NCBI GenBank assembly: GCA_958296135.2
Contig: CATQHZ020000001.1
Location: 1,184,001-1,248,000, forward strand
Source: an uncultured Poribacteria bacterium
Lineage (GTDB): Bacteria; Poribacteria; WGA-4E; WGA-3G
Direction: 5' to 3'
Length of the DNA stretch: 64,000 bases
Each line of letters starts with the position of its first letter. Position 1 is the stretch's first letter. Of this stretch, positions 17,814 to 28,456 are shown one piece after another. The notes under the pieces are model-generated. The model was not told the DNA's origin and made no database searches. It saw only the letters and a list, made by a program, of their open reading frames with translations. Both the position numbers and the translations under genes were made by a program.

Positions 17814-19568
17814 ATGACACTTACCTCTATGTTGGCACACGCCATTCAGCACTACGGCGACAGGCCGGCGTTGGCGCACAAGCCCAAAGGCGGCACCTAT
17901 CAGGACATCTCTTACAATGCCCTCGGCGAGTCGGTTGCGGCATTCAGTAGCGGGCTCAGTTCACTCGGTGTTGAGAAGGGCGAGCGGGTTGCGATTTTAT
18001 CGGAGAATCGACCGGAGTGGGCAATTGCGGATTTCGGCACTCTCGCCGCTGGTGCCATCACCGTCCCGATGTTTTCAACGCTGACGGCACCGCAAGTCGG
18101 CTACATTCTGAAAGATTCTGGGGCAAAAATTATCTGCGTCTCTACCGAAAAGCAGTTGGAAAAGGTGGCGGACATCCAGACGCTAGAGCAGATTATTCTG
18201 TTTGATGCAACGGAAGGTGAACTCCGTCCCGGCGTTATTTCTTTTGAGTCTGTCTGCAGTGCGGTTGATGGGGAAAGGCATCGAGCTAGGGAGGGCGCGC
18301 CGACGGCAGAAGAGGACATCGCCACGATTATCTATACGTCTGGCACGACAGGTGAACCGAAGGGTGTGATGTTGACGCACGCGAATTTCATTTCAAATGT
18401 GCAGGCGTGCAAATCGCTTGTTGATGTCGGCGAAGAAGATGTGCTGTTGTCGTTCCTGCCGCTGTCGCACGTGTTTGAGCGGCTCGGTGGGCATTACGTG
18501 CCGCTCTTCTCCGGTGCGAAGATAGCCTACGCCGAGAGCGTGTTGACAGTAGCGGCGAATATGCAGGAGGTTTCGCCGACGTTGATGCTCAGCGTGCCGC
18601 GTCTCTATGAGACGATGCACGAGAGAATCTTGCGTGCGGTGCGCGCCGGTTCGTCCCTCAAACAGAAGATTTTCCACTGGGGAGTCGGTGTTGGTTCGGC
18701 TTGCAGTGCGGCGATTCAGCAAGGCAAGGAGCCTTCGGCACTTTTGCGCCTGAAATCGCGTATCGCCGACAAACTCGTCTTTGCGAAGTTGAAGGCGGCG
18801 ACCGGGGGTAGACTTCGGTTTTTCATCTCCGGCGGTGCTGCGTTACCGCAAGCCATCGCCGAATTCTTTCACGCCGCGGGAATTCTGATTTTGGAAGGAT
18901 ATGGGCTCACCGAGACGTCGCCTGTGATTAGCATGAACCATCCCGGCAAGTGGCAGTTTGGGACTGTCGGCGCGCCTGTGCCCGGGGTGGAGGTGCGCAT
19001 CGCCGAAGATGGCGAGATTCTGACGCGCGGCCCGCACGTGATGAAGGGCTATTTCAACAACCCTGATGCTACCGCCGAGGTTATTGACGCGGAGAGCTGG
19101 TTTCACACGGGTGACATCGGCCTTGTTGGCGAGGATGGGTTCGTTAAAATTACCGATAGGAAGAAGAACATCATCGTGTTGTCAAACGGCAAGAATGTGG
19201 CGCCGCAGCCGATAGAGAGTGAGTTGATGCGGAGTCCGTTCATCAGCCAGATTTTGGTGCTCGGCAACGAGCGGAAAAACCTCGCTGCGCTGATTGTCCC
19301 GAATGGTGATGCGTTGAAAGAGTGGGGTGCGGAAAATGGCGTTGCAACCGATGCGCTTCAGGCGCGTGAGGTGCAGCGGCTCTTCCAAGGCGAGCTCCGC
19401 GAGCGGTTAACGGACTTTGCCGATTTTGAGCAGGTGCGCCGGTTCGTGCTGATGGCGAAGGAGTTCACGCTGGAAAACGATGAGATGACTCCGACGCTGA
19501 AACTGAAGCGGAACGTGATTATCGAACGCTACGCCGATGTGATTGAAAGTCTGTATTCGGGGGAATAG
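17814..19568 (+). CDS. Long-chain fatty acid--CoA ligase
   Basis: YTSGTTGEPKG, EGYGLTET, WFHTGDIG, DRKKNIIV, TPTLKLKR. Confidence 0.93.
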   Translation: MTLTSMLAHAIQHYGDRPALAHKPKGGTYQDISYNALGESVAAFSSGLSSLGVEKGERVAILSENRPEWAIADFGTLAAGAITVPMFSTLTAPQVGYILKDSGAKIICVSTEKQLEKVADIQTLEQIILFDATEGELRPGVISFESVCSAVDGERHRAREGAPTAEEDIATIIYTSGTTGEPKGVMLTHANFISNVQACKSLVDVGEEDVLLSFLPLSHVFERLGGHYVPLFSGAKIAYAESVLTVAANMQEVSPTLMLSVPRLYETMHERILRAVRAGSSLKQKIFHWGVGVGSACSAAIQQGKEPSALLRLKSRIADKLVFAKLKAATGGRLRFFISGGAALPQAIAEFFHAAGILILEGYGLTETSPVISMNHPGKWQFGTVGAPVPGVEVRIAEDGEILTRGPHVMKGYFNNPDATAEVIDAESWFHTGDIGLVGEDGFVKITDRKKNIIVLSNGKNVAPQPIESELMRSPFISQILVLGNERKNLAALIVPNGDALKEWGAENGVATDALQAREVQRLFQGELRERLTDFADFEQVRRFVLMAKEFTLENDEMTPTLKLKRNVIIERYADVIESLYSGE

Positions 19569-19615
19569 CAACGGACAGATATAGACATCTGTCCTGACAA
19601 GGGGGCATCTGAGAG

Positions 19616-20656
19616 TTACGGTGCGAGGACGGTGAGTCCATGTTTCACTATCTCAATTGTCGCCGGGGTTTCGCACATCGGTTCGCCATCGGCGTAGAGC
19701 AGCAGTGAGGGTTCCGTTTCAATCCGCAGCGTGCGCGTTTGATGTATTTCCACGGCGGGGTGCGAGAGGTGCCCGCCCCAGAAGAGCGTCACGAGGATTC
19801 GGAGTATCGTGATTTTTGGGACCGGGCGGATGCTACAGACATCAAAAAGTCCGTCATCGTAATGCGCGTTCGGCACAATACGGAACCCGCCACCATATCG
19901 AGGCATAATGCCTGTCGCGGCGAGGAGGTGTTCTCCCTCAAGTGTGCCAAAGTCGCCCTCAAGTTTGATGTATGGGCATTCGTAGTTAGCAAGCGTGGCG
20001 ATGGCGGCATATACGTAGGCGGCGGTGCCTTTAAACGGCGTGCTTCGTTCTGCACCGCGTCGGCTGACTTCGGCATCGTAACCGCAGGTGGCAATGGTAA
20101 TGAAATATTTTGGATTTCCTAGCGGTTGTTCAGCTGCGTCTGGTTCGAGTGGGGTTGACTTTCCGATAACAGTGCCATTCGGCGCGGCCTGTTTATGGCT
20201 TTGCTGTTCTGGGATGATTTTCCCGATGTCTACGTGAATGGGTTTGCCGGTTAATAAGTTCTGGATGGCGGCATTGGGTTTTCGCGGTACGCCGAGGGCG
20301 GCGGCGAAATCGTTGCCGCGTCCGCATGGGAGCACGCCTAAGATGACAGCGGAATCTTCGCGAGGGCCAGGTTCTCGCGCGCCGGTATCCTGCGGGGTTT
20401 TGGGCACCGGCGATTCCAACCGAACGATGCCGTTGACTACCTCGTGGAGGGTGCCGTCGCCGCCACAGGCGATTATCTTCCGAATGCCGGCGTTCACTGC
20501 ATCTTGCGAGAAACGTTTGGCATCGCCGGTGCCGGCAGTCAATGCCAATGTGCCGCTATGTCCGGCTGACGTTAAGGCGGCGTATGCCTGCTCTGCGATG
20601 GATTTTGCGCTGCCTTTGCCGGAGATGGGGTTTGCGATGATGATGAAATTGTCCAT
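19616..20656 (-). CDS. Diacylglycerol kinase-family lipid kinase
   Basis: NPISG, GGDGTLHEVVNG, PCGRGNDFA, DDGLFDV, ADGE. Confidence 0.92.
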   Translation of the reverse strand: MDNFIIIANPISGKGSAKSIAEQAYAALTSAGHSGTLALTAGTGDAKRFSQDAVNAGIRKIIACGGDGTLHEVVNGIVRLESPVPKTPQDTGAREPGPREDSAVILGVLPCGRGNDFAAALGVPRKPNAAIQNLLTGKPIHVDIGKIIPEQQSHKQAAPNGTVIGKSTPLEPDAAEQPLGNPKYFITIATCGYDAEVSRRGAERSTPFKGTAAYVYAAIATLANYECPYIKLEGDFGTLEGEHLLAATGIMPRYGGGFRIVPNAHYDDGLFDVCSIRPVPKITILRILVTLFWGGHLSHPAVEIHQTRTLRIETEPSLLLYADGEPMCETPATIEIVKHGLTVLAP

Positions 20657-20657
20657 T

Positions 20658-23600
20658 TTATCTGATGACAGCGATTTTCCCGATTTTTTTTAGGTTCTCA
20701 AACTCAAGGACATAAATATAGATGCCGGTTGACACATCCGCGCCGCCCTTGCTGGTGAGCCACCATTGGCTGCGGTTATTATTGTGTACGTGCAAGTCTT
20801 CGATAAGATGTCCGGTCGGTGCGAAGAGCTGGATGCGTGTGCCGATAGGGACTTTATCGAACGTAATCGCGCCTTTGTCGGCGACGTTGGGATAGACGGG
20901 ATTCGGGTAAACGCGTACCTGCGTGAAATCTGTCACCTCTGTGAGTCCGATGCTTTGCGGTATGTGCAGCGGTTGCGTAGCGGTTCGCAGTGGGTTTTCG
21001 TCACTATCGGCGACGTTGGCTACCGTAATTTCATAGTTCGTCTGTTGAACATGCTGTGGTTCAAAGGCGAGGATGGCCCGCGTTCCCATTCTGTCTCGGA
21101 TGGCAGACAGGGGCCGCACGCCGCCGATGCGCTGTGGTTCGCGCAGGAGGTAACGGCTCGCGTCGCCAATGGCAAATCCCATCTGCCGGTTAAAGGTGAC
21201 GATAACCCGTGTCCGTTCTGTTTGTGGGAGCGGCCCACGATGTCCAGCGGTAGAAGTGTCCGGAACGTGTAGGCTCGCGCTGATGAGTTTCGGCGGCTGA
21301 CGCGGCGTGGCGGCAACTGCCTCGGTTCGTTCTGTCTCTTTGCCGTTTTCGCCTTTTGCGGTGATGGCATACCAATGGGTTTTATCTGTAGTGACGGCCC
21401 TGTCTAGAAATCGGGATGTCGTGAGGTTCTCGGCGATAGGCTTAAATTCGGTATCGTCAGGGGCTTTGTCCTTTTCTCCCATCGCGCGATAGACGGTGAA
21501 GTTCGCATCCGGGAGGGCATTCCTATTGGAAGAGGGTTCGCGGGGGACAGGCCCCTGCGCTACGTTCAACGAGGGGGCTATCCACGTAACCTGAACGGCT
21601 TTTGCAGTCAGCGGCGTTGCGGAGACTTCCCACGGTGTGAGGGTTTCAACGGACTGCCTATTTTTCGCGAACGTGGATTCAAAACGGAGGAGTTCGTCAT
21701 CAGCATTGACGTAGATTTCGTCAAACCCATTGTTGTCCAGATCGGCGGTGAACAAGGCGGGTGTCTCGGATATCTTCTGGTGCCATATCGGGACGAAGGT
21801 GTCGCGCGGGCCTGTGCCTCGCGCTGCGGTATCTGTCGGGCTGGAGATGGTGCCGTTCCACTTCATCACGTAGAGATTCGGATGCGTGAGGATGACGAGT
21901 TCCTTGTCGCCATCCCCTGTTACATCGGCGATGCTGATACCGTTTCCCGTTCGGCGATACGGTACTATTGCTTGTTCCCAGAGCGGCACGTAGCCCTGGC
22001 TCGTATGCGTCCAAACAAGAAACTTCCATAGGGGTGGGGCTGAAGGTACTCCCGGCAATGCTAATGTGCCGCCCACCACAAACTCTGGTATGCTGTCTCC
22101 GGTCAAGTCACCGGCAGTAAGCAACGTCACTTCTGTGAGTTCAAGTTGCGTCTGCCATTCTCGGCGGAATCTATCGTTTGCGAAGGCAGAATAGACGAAG
22201 AGTTGTCCTTCGCTGTCGCCCGCGATGAGTTCTCGATGTCCATCGGCATCAAAATCGGCGATTGCGAAGTGATGCCCGAACACGTTCGCGCCTTCTGTTT
22301 CGTTGACGAGTTGCGCTGTTTCTTCATAAAGGTTGTTTCCCCGGTTCTCGAAAATCAAAATCCGGTCGTTTCGGTTATCGGCTCCGATAATTTCTTTCCT
22401 GCCATCTGCATCTAAGTCGGCGATGCTCCCACTGGAGAGAAAAGGTGATTCCCAGGTAATGTTTTCGGGGTATCCGTTAGGCGCGGTGCTCTCAAGCAGA
22501 AAAGTCCTATTGCTGTCGCTGGCGAGGATTTCTAGTAAGCCGTCGTTGTCGGTATCGTCAACCGTCCAAGGCGTGAACGTTTCCGCATCAATTGGGAGCG
22601 TATGCACTTCTTGATACTTGCTGTTCAAGACCGGGGGGGCTTTCCTACCGGTTTGCGTCCCTTCATAAATCGTAATGCCCATCTCCGAGAGCGGTTTTCC
22701 GACGATTTCCAACGCGCCATCGCCATCAAAATCGGCGGTGAGGCTGGCGATGTGGAGAGGTGGCACACCGAGGGAGAAGTCGTCAAACCCGTTTGGCGAG
22801 ATGGCGCTGCCGACAACGTCAAGCGGCCAGTATTGCCCTTGATTATTTTCCGTTACCGTCAATCCTATGGCGTTTTGCGATTTGACGAAAAATTGGTAAG
22901 TGCCACTGGTTAGCCCGAGGGAGAGGAAATGTTCTTTACCGAGTTCGTTTTCCTCAATAGCAGCGAAGGGCGCGAGTTGGTTTTTGCGCCGATAATAGAG
23001 GGTGTTGCGTGTGACATCATCGGTTGCCCACGTGAAAATGGTAATGGAGCGGTTCTCATAAAGCACTTCTGTTGCGGTGAGAGCGGTGACCTGGGGTGGT
23101 GTCCTGTCAACTGCGACAACAACCTGGGCGTGCGTTTCTCTGCCCTCTTTGCCGGTGACTTGTAATCGGACGGTGTAAACGCCTTCCGGCATTGCTGTGG
23201 TATCCCACACCGCCAATGTCTCCCCGATTTTTTGTTGAAAGGACGGTTCTGTGAACGGAGTAAATAAACTTGGTACTGTCGATTCGCCATAAAGGAGTTG
23301 CCATGACGCGAATCGATATCCGCCTGCGGTGCCGACAATCGTAATCGTGCTGGAGCCGCCGCTATTCGTTTCGGGTGCGAGGATGCGCGCTTGCAAGGCA
23401 CTGCTCGCCAACAGTGCGCGTTCGGCGTTGAGTGTGCCTGCCCCGACAAATTTTTTGTCGGGCATATCGGGCATAGGGGCATCGCGAGGGACAGGCTCTT
23501 GCGCTGCGGTATCCGGCGTGTTGTTTTGTGGTTGAAGCACAACATCGGCGGTGTTAATCAAAATCTGCCGCACTTCTTCATGCGTGAGTGCGGGCCGCTT

Positions 23601-24812
23601 GGAGAGCATCAACGCGGCCACCCCGGCGACGTGCGGGGCAGCCATGGAGGTGCCAGTGAGCAGGCGATATTGATTGTCAATCTGCGTGCTGAGGATGACG
23701 TTTCCGGGTGCGGCGATATCCACGGAGGCACCGAAGTTCGATTGGTAAAACCGCTGTTGATGCTGTTCTGTTGAGGCAACGGCGATGACTTGGCGATAGG
23801 CGGCGGGAAAGATGGCGGCCGCTTTCTGTGAGTTTCCTGCGGCACCGACTAAGACGACACCGCGGGCGTGTGCGTAATCGATTGCATCTTGGATGACGAA
23901 GGAGACTTGTTCGCTGCCCCAGCTCATATTAATCACGCTGGCCCCGTTATCGGCGGCATAGACGATGGCGGCGGCGGAGTCATCGTCTTGCATGCGGGAG
24001 CTCCCGCCGAGGGAGAGCCCGGCGCGAATCGGCATCAGTGGGCAATTCCATGCCACGCCTGCGATGCCGATGCCGTTATCTGCCATCGCGCCAGCGATAC
24101 CGGCGACGTGCGTGCCGTGTCCGGATTCATCGATGGGTTCGTTATCGCCTTCGATGAAATCGCCTTCTCCCTGTACATTCGGTGCATCGGTGAAATCCCA
24201 TCCATGCACATCGTCGACATAGCCGTTGCCATCGTCGTCAAGCCCGTTATCCGGTACCTCGCCGGGATTCACCCACGTCTTCTCCCCCAGGTCATCGTGT
24301 CTATAATCGATGCCGGAGTCGATGATAGCGATGACGATGCTTGCGTCGCCTTTCTCAATTGTCCATGCCTGTGGAAGCCTTGTCAACGGGAGGTTCCACT
24401 GCTCTGCGTACCTCGGGTCGTTCGGATTAACCACTTCTCCTTCCCGCCGCCGCGTTTCTTGCAACGTTGGACGGAGATAATTAAACGCGACTGCCTCAAC
24501 GAGTGGGCTTTCGGCGTAAACCGCTTTGATTGTCTCTACGTCTGCGTCCGGGTTGAAGCGTAGCAGATAGATGCGCCTGAGGTTCGGAGTGAGTGCCGGG
24601 CGTGCGAGATAGGGAAACAGCGGATGCAGCGATTCCACCCGATGCTCAGCATGCAGCAGGAATATCGGCGCGTTTGCTTGCAACCGCTGGATGTCTGCTG
24701 CAGCGGCCGGTGTCAAGCGAATCAGCAATTCGCCGGGAGTGATTTCGGCGGACACCTCTACACAGAGCGCGATTAAAAGGAGGGCGACACTTGATGGAAT
24801 TTTTAACTTCAT
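20658..24812 (-). CDS. Secreted S8 subtilase with FG-GAP-like repeats and C-terminal Ig-like/sorting-type domain
   Basis: IIDSG, GHGTHVAG, GTSMAAPHVAG; DxDxDG repeats; VYPNP...GIYIY...KIAVIR tail; probable ATG 24812. Confidence 0.9.
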   Translation of the reverse strand: MKLKIPSSVALLLIALCVEVSAEITPGELLIRLTPAAAADIQRLQANAPIFLLHAEHRVESLHPLFPYLARPALTPNLRRIYLLRFNPDADVETIKAVYAESPLVEAVAFNYLRPTLQETRRREGEVVNPNDPRYAEQWNLPLTRLPQAWTIEKGDASIVIAIIDSGIDYRHDDLGEKTWVNPGEVPDNGLDDDGNGYVDDVHGWDFTDAPNVQGEGDFIEGDNEPIDESGHGTHVAGIAGAMADNGIGIAGVAWNCPLMPIRAGLSLGGSSRMQDDDSAAAIVYAADNGASVINMSWGSEQVSFVIQDAIDYAHARGVVLVGAAGNSQKAAAIFPAAYRQVIAVASTEQHQQRFYQSNFGASVDIAAPGNVILSTQIDNQYRLLTGTSMAAPHVAGVAALMLSKRPALTHEEVRQILINTADVVLQPQNNTPDTAAQEPVPRDAPMPDMPDKKFVGAGTLNAERALLASSALQARILAPETNSGGSSTITIVGTAGGYRFASWQLLYGESTVPSLFTPFTEPSFQQKIGETLAVWDTTAMPEGVYTVRLQVTGKEGRETHAQVVVAVDRTPPQVTALTATEVLYENRSITIFTWATDDVTRNTLYYRRKNQLAPFAAIEENELGKEHFLSLGLTSGTYQFFVKSQNAIGLTVTENNQGQYWPLDVVGSAISPNGFDDFSLGVPPLHIASLTADFDGDGALEIVGKPLSEMGITIYEGTQTGRKAPPVLNSKYQEVHTLPIDAETFTPWTVDDTDNDGLLEILASDSNRTFLLESTAPNGYPENITWESPFLSSGSIADLDADGRKEIIGADNRNDRILIFENRGNNLYEETAQLVNETEGANVFGHHFAIADFDADGHRELIAGDSEGQLFVYSAFANDRFRREWQTQLELTEVTLLTAGDLTGDSIPEFVVGGTLALPGVPSAPPLWKFLVWTHTSQGYVPLWEQAIVPYRRTGNGISIADVTGDGDKELVILTHPNLYVMKWNGTISSPTDTAARGTGPRDTFVPIWHQKISETPALFTADLDNNGFDEIYVNADDELLRFESTFAKNRQSVETLTPWEVSATPLTAKAVQVTWIAPSLNVAQGPVPREPSSNRNALPDANFTVYRAMGEKDKAPDDTEFKPIAENLTTSRFLDRAVTTDKTHWYAITAKGENGKETERTEAVAATPRQPPKLISASLHVPDTSTAGHRGPLPQTERTRVIVTFNRQMGFAIGDASRYLLREPQRIGGVRPLSAIRDRMGTRAILAFEPQHVQQTNYEITVANVADSDENPLRTATQPLHIPQSIGLTEVTDFTQVRVYPNPVYPNVADKGAITFDKVPIGTRIQLFAPTGHLIEDLHVHNNNRSQWWLTSKGGADVSTGIYIYVLEFENLKKIGKIAVIR

Positions 24813-24830
24813 TGTAACTTCGCTCAAAAT

Positions 24831-24854
24831 GTAGTCATTGACAACGTCAATGAC
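24831..24854. repeat. REP-like palindrome family D (GTAGTCATTGACAACGTCAATGAC)
   Basis: Perfect 9-bp stem; identical copy at 54342-54365. Confidence 0.8.
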
Positions 24855-24890
24855 GGATTCGGCAAGCAGACGTGAATGCCCCAAAGACAT

Positions 24891-26009
24891 CTACGAACGC
24901 TTTGCGTCAGTACGAAAAATCAACACGTCAAGCACTTCTCCCGTTTTGTCGTCGATAATGACGATGGCGAGATTTCCCCGGCTGTGGTTATAGAAACTGA
25001 CTGTCCACGCGAACCCTTGAAACCGGGCGTATGCGTGGATTCCGTTTTTATCTCGCAATGCCTTTTTCACGCGTGCAGCGGATTTGGCAGTCTGAAGAAT
25101 TGCTTCTGATTTTGCGCGCTTTGAAAGCGCGCCTACCGGAGAAGGTTCATCATCGTTAAAGGTAGCTTGCTTTCGCGGGGCGACACACGCACGTTTCTGT
25201 AGGCGCGACCGTGACGGCCCTCGCGCGCCGGTGTCCGGCGGGATGAAGGCATGGACGAGTTGTTTTCCTCTGTCTGCCTCCGGGGGCAGTGTCTTGGGAT
25301 GTTGTTTTGCCAGCGCGCGGAGCAGCATCGCGTGGTGATGATAGGCATCTCGGACTTTCTCATAACGTTTCAGCCCCAGGGCGATAGGCATTTTTTCATA
25401 CTGCGCTGCGCACATCTCCGCTGCGTCTGCTTCGAGTTGTAGCACCTTGACGATGTCCTTTTTCTCTTCTGCGCGCTCACGCAGTGCCCTGAAAAAGGTT
25501 GGATATATGCCGAAATCGTAGAACCGATTTGGATACTGCGGTGCCCACGTCGCCATAAATTTCGCAATTTTTTGACGTTCTGCACAAACGTAAGCATCGC
25601 GAACGGCGATGCGGCCTGATAAGTCAACGTTATCTGCCCGGTGGTTGCTAAACAACGCCTTGCGAACGACGAAGAATTTTCTCCATGCAGTTTCGGCGCG
25701 TTTAAGATGGGCCTGACGTTGTGCCAGAATCTCCGCGCGTTCTTTCTTCGCCCGCGCTGCCCATTTCTCATGGCCATGGCGCGTATAGTAGCCGTGCGCA
25801 ATCTCGTTCATCGGGAGGGAGATGCGGGTGAGGCATTCGGCGGCAGCTTCCTGCCAGAGTGCCACTTTGTCCCACTCGCCACGCTGTTCATACTGTTTGA
25901 TGAAAATGGTGGCGTTCGCCGTTCCTTCACGAATAGCGAGGCACGACTGCGCATAGAAGAGTGAAAGTAGAAAAAGTCCAACGAATTTTTGCAGCGTCGG
26001 TTTGTGCAT
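24891..26009 (-). CDS. Hypothetical secreted protein with in-frame repeat-derived segments
   Basis: Signal peptide, long ORF co-oriented with neighbours, no recognisable family. Confidence 0.65.
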   Translation of the reverse strand: MHKPTLQKFVGLFLLSLFYAQSCLAIREGTANATIFIKQYEQRGEWDKVALWQEAAAECLTRISLPMNEIAHGYYTRHGHEKWAARAKKERAEILAQRQAHLKRAETAWRKFFVVRKALFSNHRADNVDLSGRIAVRDAYVCAERQKIAKFMATWAPQYPNRFYDFGIYPTFFRALRERAEEKKDIVKVLQLEADAAEMCAAQYEKMPIALGLKRYEKVRDAYHHHAMLLRALAKQHPKTLPPEADRGKQLVHAFIPPDTGARGPSRSRLQKRACVAPRKQATFNDDEPSPVGALSKRAKSEAILQTAKSAARVKKALRDKNGIHAYARFQGFAWTVSFYNHSRGNLAIVIIDDKTGEVLDVLIFRTDAKRS

Positions 26010-26127
26010 GGTAAATTTTTCTGCTTGGGGCGCGTGGCCTTGCGAGGGGAACCCTCGGCGATTCGTGCTCGCCGGGTTTTCCCTCGCGCTACGGTAATTA
26101 GGGCCGTAGTTGGGGCCTTGCAGATGT

Positions 26128-27153
26128 TTAGAGCGGCATAATACGCACGGTTGCAGAAAAAGTCTCCTCCGGGGATAACACGATGATACCGGCAGGAATG
26201 CCTTTCGCCTCTAAATTGATCGCATCTGTCGGGCAGGTATACGGTTCAAAGCAGATAGCGTCTCTTCCCGGCGGCGTATAGACGACGAGCTCTCTGAAGA
26301 TGGCATCCGATTCCATGACGAGTTCCTGTCCGATGATACACCGGGTAACCCTGTCTGTCAATTGCACGTCTGTGAAGACATGATCTAGTTTCAGACCGGC
26401 GAACGGTTTTCCATCGCGCAAATCCAAGGCACCGGCGACAGGAAGTTGTTTTCCTGTTGGCACAAGCACGTCGTCAAGTTCCCAGTACTTCGCGGCCGGC
26501 ACGGTAATTGTCGCTTGCGATGGATTCGCGACGCGAAAATAGGGATGGATGCCGAACCCTATCGGCATGTTCCGCGCGCCGGTGTTTTTGATAGAAACGT
26601 TCATCGTCAGCGCGGTGTCTTTGAGTATATACGTTATCTCAATGTGAAAGGGGAACGGGTACTGACGGCCAATATCTGGCACCTCGCGCGAATTAAGAGA
26701 GCAGACCAGGGTTGCACCGTTTTCGTCCGCTGCGTGACGTTGGACCTGATATGGCTGGTTGAGTAACAACCCATGAATCGTCGTCGGTGCATCAGGCGGT
26801 TTATCGAACTGATACGTTTCACCTTCAAACGTCCAACTGCCGCCTCGGATGCGGTTTGGAAACGGGAACAAGACCGGATTTCCGTATGCGGTGGGGCGTT
26901 CTTGCAATATCGCCAGATCTGGCGGTTCATCTATTAAGCCCCGTCCGGCGACTCGGAAGGCGTAGCAGTTATTTCCGAGCGCGGGGACGATTTCGGCGAT
27001 GGCGGTTTGACTACCGTAGGCGCGGTGTTCAACCCCGTTCTCCTGTTTGCTACTGTGTAGTGCGGGGGCCTGTTCCGCGTTATCTTGTTGTAGAGAGTAA
27101 ACGTGAAACCCATCAACTATTTTGTCGCTGACTGAATACGTTGTATGCTCCAT
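26128..27153 (-). CDS. Aldose 1-epimerase family protein
   Basis: GNPVLFPFPNRI, IHG, GFGIHPYF, CFEPYT; RBS GAGGA before ATG 27153. Confidence 0.88.
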   Translation of the reverse strand: MEHTTYSVSDKIVDGFHVYSLQQDNAEQAPALHSSKQENGVEHRAYGSQTAIAEIVPALGNNCYAFRVAGRGLIDEPPDLAILQERPTAYGNPVLFPFPNRIRGGSWTFEGETYQFDKPPDAPTTIHGLLLNQPYQVQRHAADENGATLVCSLNSREVPDIGRQYPFPFHIEITYILKDTALTMNVSIKNTGARNMPIGFGIHPYFRVANPSQATITVPAAKYWELDDVLVPTGKQLPVAGALDLRDGKPFAGLKLDHVFTDVQLTDRVTRCIIGQELVMESDAIFRELVVYTPPGRDAICFEPYTCPTDAINLEAKGIPAGIIVLSPEETFSATVRIMPL

Positions 27154-27323
27154 AGGTTCCTCTGTATTAACGGTTTGCGAGGGACAGGCTCTCGCGCTAC
27201 GGCTTATGATAGGAACGGCTGCAATGAGCGTCGCGAAGGATAGGCATAAACCGAAGAGGCATCGCGAGGGCCAGGCCCTCGCGCTACGGTATTCGGCAGG
27301 GCAGAGCATCAAAATCAGGTGCT

Positions 27324-27941
27324 TCATCGTTTATCCCTTCCAGTCCACTGAATGCCGCGCTTGAGCACTTCCCTGAAGTTCGGATTGGAGAAGGTGACAT
27401 CGTCATGGCCGCTCTGCAGGCAGAAAATACGGGAGTTCCTGTATTCTCGCGTCCAGCCGAGCACTTCCATGCTGTTCGGATGCTTGACTGTCAGCAGGAT
27501 GTCGCTGTCCTCGCCTGTCGAATCCATCGTGTAGGTTTCATCGCCCATCTCCCAGTCTGTCATTCCTGCGGTGATGGGGTGCGTCGTGTTGGCGATATGC
27601 ACGTCAAACGTCTGTCGCGGGTAGTAGCCGAAACGTCTGTCTGCAATCCCGCACATATCCGAGTAGGCACCCCACTTCGGAAACGCGAGGATTGCATGAT
27701 GCAAAATGACGATGCCTTGCCCGCGTTCTGTCAAGCTGAAGATGGCTGCCGCTTGTGCTGCTGTCGGGTAAGGCCGGTGAAAATTGTAGAAGACGACGGT
27801 GTCGTAATCCTTCTGGCTCGGGTCATCGACAAAGACATCCAAGTCTTGGCGGACGAATTGGATGCTGTCCATACTCTCAAAAACTGCGTCGAACTGTTTT
27901 TCTTGGAAACCGTGTTCGCCGGTAACGACTGCAATTTGCAT
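27324..27941 (-). CDS. ThuA-like domain protein
   Basis: GIVILHHA, HPIT, DETY, WTREY...SGHD...RGIQW. Confidence 0.85.
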   Translation of the reverse strand: MQIAVVTGEHGFQEKQFDAVFESMDSIQFVRQDLDVFVDDPSQKDYDTVVFYNFHRPYPTAAQAAAIFSLTERGQGIVILHHAILAFPKWGAYSDMCGIADRRFGYYPRQTFDVHIANTTHPITAGMTDWEMGDETYTMDSTGEDSDILLTVKHPNSMEVLGWTREYRNSRIFCLQSGHDDVTFSNPNFREVLKRGIQWTGRDKR

Positions 27942-28151
27942 GATTTTGTTTCTCCGTTATGGCATGGGCGGTGATAGATGTCCGCCCTTGCAGTACAAAT
28001 TCCGTAGTGTGTCGGGCTGTCCCTCGCGAAATCGCCGGTCCCACACCGTAGCGCGAGGGAAAATCTGTCCCTCGCGAAATCGCTGGCTCCACACCGTAGC
28101 GCGAGGGTCTGTCCCTCGCGAGCCCCCGCTCAACCGTAGCGCGAGGGCCGT

Positions 28152-28335
28152 CACGGTCACGTCTACAGAAAAAGTGCGTGTGTCGCCTCGCGTAAACACG
28201 GTCACGTCTACAGAAAAAGTGCGTGTGTCGCCCCGCGTAAACACGGTCACGTCTACAGAAAAAGTGCGTGTGTCGCCCCGCGTAAACACGGTCACGTCTA
28301 CAGAAAAAGTGCGTGTGTCGCCCCGCGTAAACACG
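28152..28335. repeat. 4 x 45-bp tandem repeat inside a REP cluster (~28016-28445)
   Basis: Unit cacggtcacgtctacagaaaaagtgcgtgtgtcgccccgcgtaaa at 28152, 28197, 28242, 28287; no spacers. Confidence 0.95.
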
Positions 28336-28456
28336 CTACCTTACTTTAACGTTGTCATCTCTGCAGCGAGGCTGCAGAGATGTCCACTGTCCCTCGCGTT
28401 CTCTCGGAGCAGATGGCGTTGACGGGGGCCCCTCGCCCTACGGGCAAAGTGGGTTT

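Noticed and set aside
27154-27327. N-terminal extension of the aldose epimerase
   Set aside because: Composed largely of two REP copies; a good RBS precedes ATG 27153.
28152-28335. Possible CRISPR array
   Set aside because: Units are contiguous 45-bp copies with no unique spacers; no cas genes; the unit is REP-related.
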